Shown here: positions 18,410-20,886 of the stretch, piece by piece
How the letters are laid out: each line of letters opens with the position of its first letter
Position numbering within the stretch: the first letter of the stretch is position 1
Source: a candidate division WOR-3 bacterium
GTDB lineage: Bacteria; Hydrothermota; Tepidihabitantia; Tepidihabitantales; JAOUPE01
Assembly: GCA_039801565.1 (NCBI GenBank)
Contig: JBDRUX010000038.1
Coordinates: 1 to 20,886 of the forward strand
Direction of reading: 5' to 3'
Length of the DNA: 20,886 bases
Notes under the pieces: generated by a model
The model's input: the letters and a program-made list of their open reading frames with translations, nothing else
What the model was told of the DNA's origin: nothing
The model's database searches: none
Position numbers and translations under genes: made by a program

Positions 18410-20071
18410 TTAAAACTTAAAGACAATCGAAAGTTTCCAATTCGTCAAGTCGGTGAGATTACGAAAACCCATTAAGTCAATCTGTAAATTCTTAATTGGA
18501 TTGAAACCGATGCCATAAGTGAAATAAGTGTTATGTTTAGTCTCGGTGATTGTTTCACTGCTGGCTTGGAGTTCCGATTCTGGGCCGATTGTTTCGGAGA
18601 AGGTGCTGTCGCCATATTCAGTTCGGGTGTGGGTCGGCTCAAAGGCGCGCATTAAATCGGTAGTAGTAATATCCGACCAGGCGATATGATGAATCGCACC
18701 CAGTCGTAAAGATAATGACGGAACTAACCGAAAATCAAAACCAACCGGAATCGAAAGGGTTTTGGTGCTACCGGTCACTTTTTCAAGCCATTCTTCAGCG
18801 CTCTTGGTAGTAATTCGATAATCTTCACTACCAGCAATTGTATCACCATTGTTATATTCGTAAACACTCAAAGATGATAATGTATCCGCTAAAGAATCTT
18901 TGAAATCCCAGGCACCAAATTCCAACCCAAAGCCGAGGTCAAACCGGTCGGAAACCCGAAAGAGATGTTTAGTTTTGAAGTCTACTCCTTTACTGGTCAG
19001 AGCACCGCGATACTGATGGGTAGTCTTTGTGTCAAGCCAAGCCCGACCGGGTCGTCCAGTACTATCCATTGTATTGTGTTGATAACTTCCTGCACCAGAA
19101 CCGAGTCGTTCCGACTGAGTAAAGAGATTAAGATAGAATCGGTTTTCGATGTTTTCTTTTGGTTTCACAAAAACTGCCAAACCAATTGGGATTGTGGTTC
19201 CGGTTCGGGGTTTTGTCAGGCTATCTAAGCTTGTTGACTTATAGTAATCCTGGATAGTTGGATTAGCTGGACTGCGATTTTCATAAACCGAGCCAGTATG
19301 GATATAATTGAAATTGTCACTCATTATACCAAACCCTGCCATAAGCCCAACACTCAATGTTGTCCAATCGTACCAACCAGAAAGGATAAACCGCTTGGTA
19401 TCGCTTTTTGTCTTATCCGGGCCGGTGAAGGTATCATTAACCGTATAGGTTAAAGCTCCGGAGACTAAACTCGAATCTCGTTGCTCGTAAATCCAGTTAT
19501 AACCCGGATTGGTGTTAGTATAAGCAGCGCAATTGTTCAAGAAACCCAAACCGAGTCTTAAGCCGTTGGTTTTATAACCCAAACCGATATAGTAATCCAT
19601 GTTCTTGGTTTCATCCCAAGCTTTACGTTCATTGATTTTAGTTACGCGATGGTCATAACTGCCATTGCCATCTAAGTCGAGCCATTCGGTTTCAATCGTC
19701 TTAGCATCACCGAAAAGGGTATCCAGCCAAATTTCACTACTCCGACCGTAAAGACCGGTTGGTAATGCTGTTTTATTATAGTATTTGTCCAAGACAACTC
19801 CTGGGTAAATGAAGCCGATTAAATCGGTTGAACCACCGACTAAGAAGAAGTTATCAGTCCGGAATCCAAACTGTTCTTCTTGATTTGAGACGAAATTGGA
19901 GAGATTGGTATAAATTCTTGAGCCTTCGATTAAGGGAATTCGGGCTGGGTCGAAGAGTAAATCGTAATCGTCTTCGAATAAGAAGGCGGTTGATTGATAA
20001 CGAAATGAACCAGCCGGACTCAGCGCTAGGGTGAGACTAAATATTAACCCTGCGATTAACCAGTAACGCAT
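18410..20071 (-). CDS. Outer-membrane beta-barrel protein (FadL/PorV-like N-terminus, inferred)
   Basis: Signal peptide MRYWLIAGLIFSLTLA; EDDYDLLFDPARI resembles the DD...NPA hatch motif; amphipathic strands (LRLGLGF, FDLGFGL, LSLRLGA, FTYGIGF); C-terminal WKLSIVFKF beta-signal. SD GGAAAGGAGG. Confidence 0.78.
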   Translation of the reverse strand: MRYWLIAGLIFSLTLALSPAGSFRYQSTAFLFEDDYDLLFDPARIPLIEGSRIYTNLSNFVSNQEEQFGFRTDNFFLVGGSTDLIGFIYPGVVLDKYYNKTALPTGLYGRSSEIWLDTLFGDAKTIETEWLDLDGNGSYDHRVTKINERKAWDETKNMDYYIGLGYKTNGLRLGLGFLNNCAAYTNTNPGYNWIYEQRDSSLVSGALTYTVNDTFTGPDKTKSDTKRFILSGWYDWTTLSVGLMAGFGIMSDNFNYIHTGSVYENRSPANPTIQDYYKSTSLDSLTKPRTGTTIPIGLAVFVKPKENIENRFYLNLFTQSERLGSGAGSYQHNTMDSTGRPGRAWLDTKTTHQYRGALTSKGVDFKTKHLFRVSDRFDLGFGLEFGAWDFKDSLADTLSSLSVYEYNNGDTIAGSEDYRITTKSAEEWLEKVTGSTKTLSIPVGFDFRLVPSLSLRLGAIHHIAWSDITTTDLMRAFEPTHTRTEYGDSTFSETIGPESELQASSETITETKHNTYFTYGIGFNPIKNLQIDLMGFRNLTDLTNWKLSIVFKF

Positions 20072-20235
20072 TCTGCCTCCTTTCCTTAATTTACCGGCAA
20101 TCCGACCTTATTCGCTTTGGGCAATCAATTCTACCTTCCAGGTCGGGAGCCCAAGGCGAATCGGACGGATTTTAATTAAAACGAAAGGCAGAACGGAAAG
20201 ATTTGTCATTACTCGACCCTCTCCGTATCTGCCTT
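20072..20235 (-). promoter_or_regulatory. Structured 5' leader (candidate cis-regulatory RNA) of the barrel/lipoprotein operon
   Basis: Two long inverted repeats (20185-20235 and 20101-20165) and an anti-SD segment lie between the promoter and the start codon. I do not recognise a known family. Confidence 0.55.
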
Positions 20236-20241
20236 GTCAGG

Positions 20242-20269
20242 ATTTTACTTAAAATTCCCAACCTGTCAA
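20242..20269 (-). promoter_or_regulatory. Sigma70-type promoter for the barrel/lipoprotein operon
   Basis: On the - strand: TTGACA (20269-20264), 16 nt, TAAAAT (20247-20242). Predicted TSS is about 20235. Confidence 0.7.
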
Positions 20270-20649
20270 CAATAATTTTTCGTTATAGGGGCAGGTATCC
20301 AATTTTATTGGATGGCCTTGGAAGAGATATTAGTCAAGGTTCATTTATTTTTAAATAAGGTAAAACATTTGAATAGTTGTCATTCCTTTCCCCTCATTGA
20401 ACCATTTGAACAATTTTGAACTCTTAAGTTAGTCTACGGGCACGGTTTTGGGAAAGTCGATACAGAGTTCTATCACAACTTTAAATAGAACTTGTCGCTA
20501 CATCTTATAACAAATAATCCAAACGCTTGCCCTGAATTCTTACCGGTTTGGGGTATTTTTATTTTGCTATGACCGAAGTCAGCATAGGCATTGGCTAATT
20601 AATGAGTTGCCGTTAAAAAAACTGATAGAGGATTTAACAATTTACCCTA

Positions 20650-20886
20650 GGTCAAGTAGCAAATTGTCTGCAAATTCATACTCCAATAGTTGATTTTTCG
20701 GTATCGGAAATACCGTTTTTTCGATCCCATTCTTCTAACTCTTTCATATCCAGATAAGAACCCTGACACGCCCATTCCATAGTCTCGTCCATCGCTAATG
20801 CCGTCATCAGTCTTAAACATGACCGCGGATTCGGAAAGACCCGGATAACCTTACTCCGACGCCTCAATTCCTGATTGAATCGCTCC
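20650..20886 (-). mobile_element. Right end of an IS256-family insertion sequence (continues beyond the window)
   Basis: The transposase C-terminus is followed directly by a terminal-IR-like sequence, GGTCAAGTAGCAAATTGTCTGCAAA (20650-20674), resembling IS256-family ends. Confidence 0.82.
20676..20886 (-). CDS. IS256-family (Mutator-type) transposase, 3' part only (truncated by the window edge)
   Basis: The frame reads ERFNQELRRRSKVIRVFPNPRSCLRL...EW, matching the IS256 C-terminal motif ERxNxExRRRxxVxRxFPN. Confidence 0.88.
   Translation of the reverse strand, partial: ERFNQELRRRSKVIRVFPNPRSCLRLMTALAMDETMEWACQGSYLDMKELEEWDRKNGISDTEKSTIGV

Noticed and set aside
1383..20034. Short alternative-frame or antisense ORFs inside the main genes (e.g. 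1383-1616, 5161-5478, 10401-10724, 11227-11685, 18965-19228)
   Set aside because: They are shadow ORFs overlapping well-supported genes and have no independent motifs.
20095..20170. HDV-like ribozyme (GGCGAAU followed by tcgga) or SRP RNA (GGAAGG loop)
   Set aside because: P1, P3 and P1.1 of the HDV fold cannot be built, and the SRP CAGG/AGCA symmetric loop is absent. GCGAAT is explained by the inverted repeat.
20625..20655. IS256 hybrid promoter from the outward-facing TTGACC
   Set aside because: There is no acceptable -10 hexamer 16-18 nt downstream on the - strand.

Overview
Bacterial chromosomal segment (roughly 40% GC). A diderm with FlgD-Ig/T9SS-like C-terminal cargo domains is inferred, possibly WOR-3 or an FCB-related lineage, but this is not verified. 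From left to right: (1) a GC-rich array of 18 degenerate 12-bp units in AT-rich non-coding DNA; (2) a long, mostly translationally coupled + strand gene run: htrA-like protease, purB, acyl-CoA dehydrogenase, a 60-aa possible Sm/Hfq-fold protein, hslU (no adjacent hslV), argF, a large secreted beta-propeller/Ig protein, trxB and a secreted PQQ-type propeller protein; (3) a convergent patatin-POTRA-Omp85 (PlpD/type Vd-like) gene; (4) divergent from it, rsmI, a CDP-alcohol phosphatidyltransferase and hflX; (5) a - strand two-gene operon encoding an outer-membrane beta-barrel and a lipoprotein with three Ig-like domains and DxDxDG motifs; (6) the right end of an IS256-family element. The most notable unexplained signal is the ~165-nt leader of the barrel/lipoprotein operon. 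It contains a terminator-like hairpin starting at the predicted TSS, an anti-SD segment and a second switchable hairpin, making it a candidate novel cis-regulatory RNA or riboswitch. Other notable signals are the 12-bp array, the Sm-like gene in place of hslV, and probable leaderless GTG/CTG starts behind promoters with 16-bp spacers.
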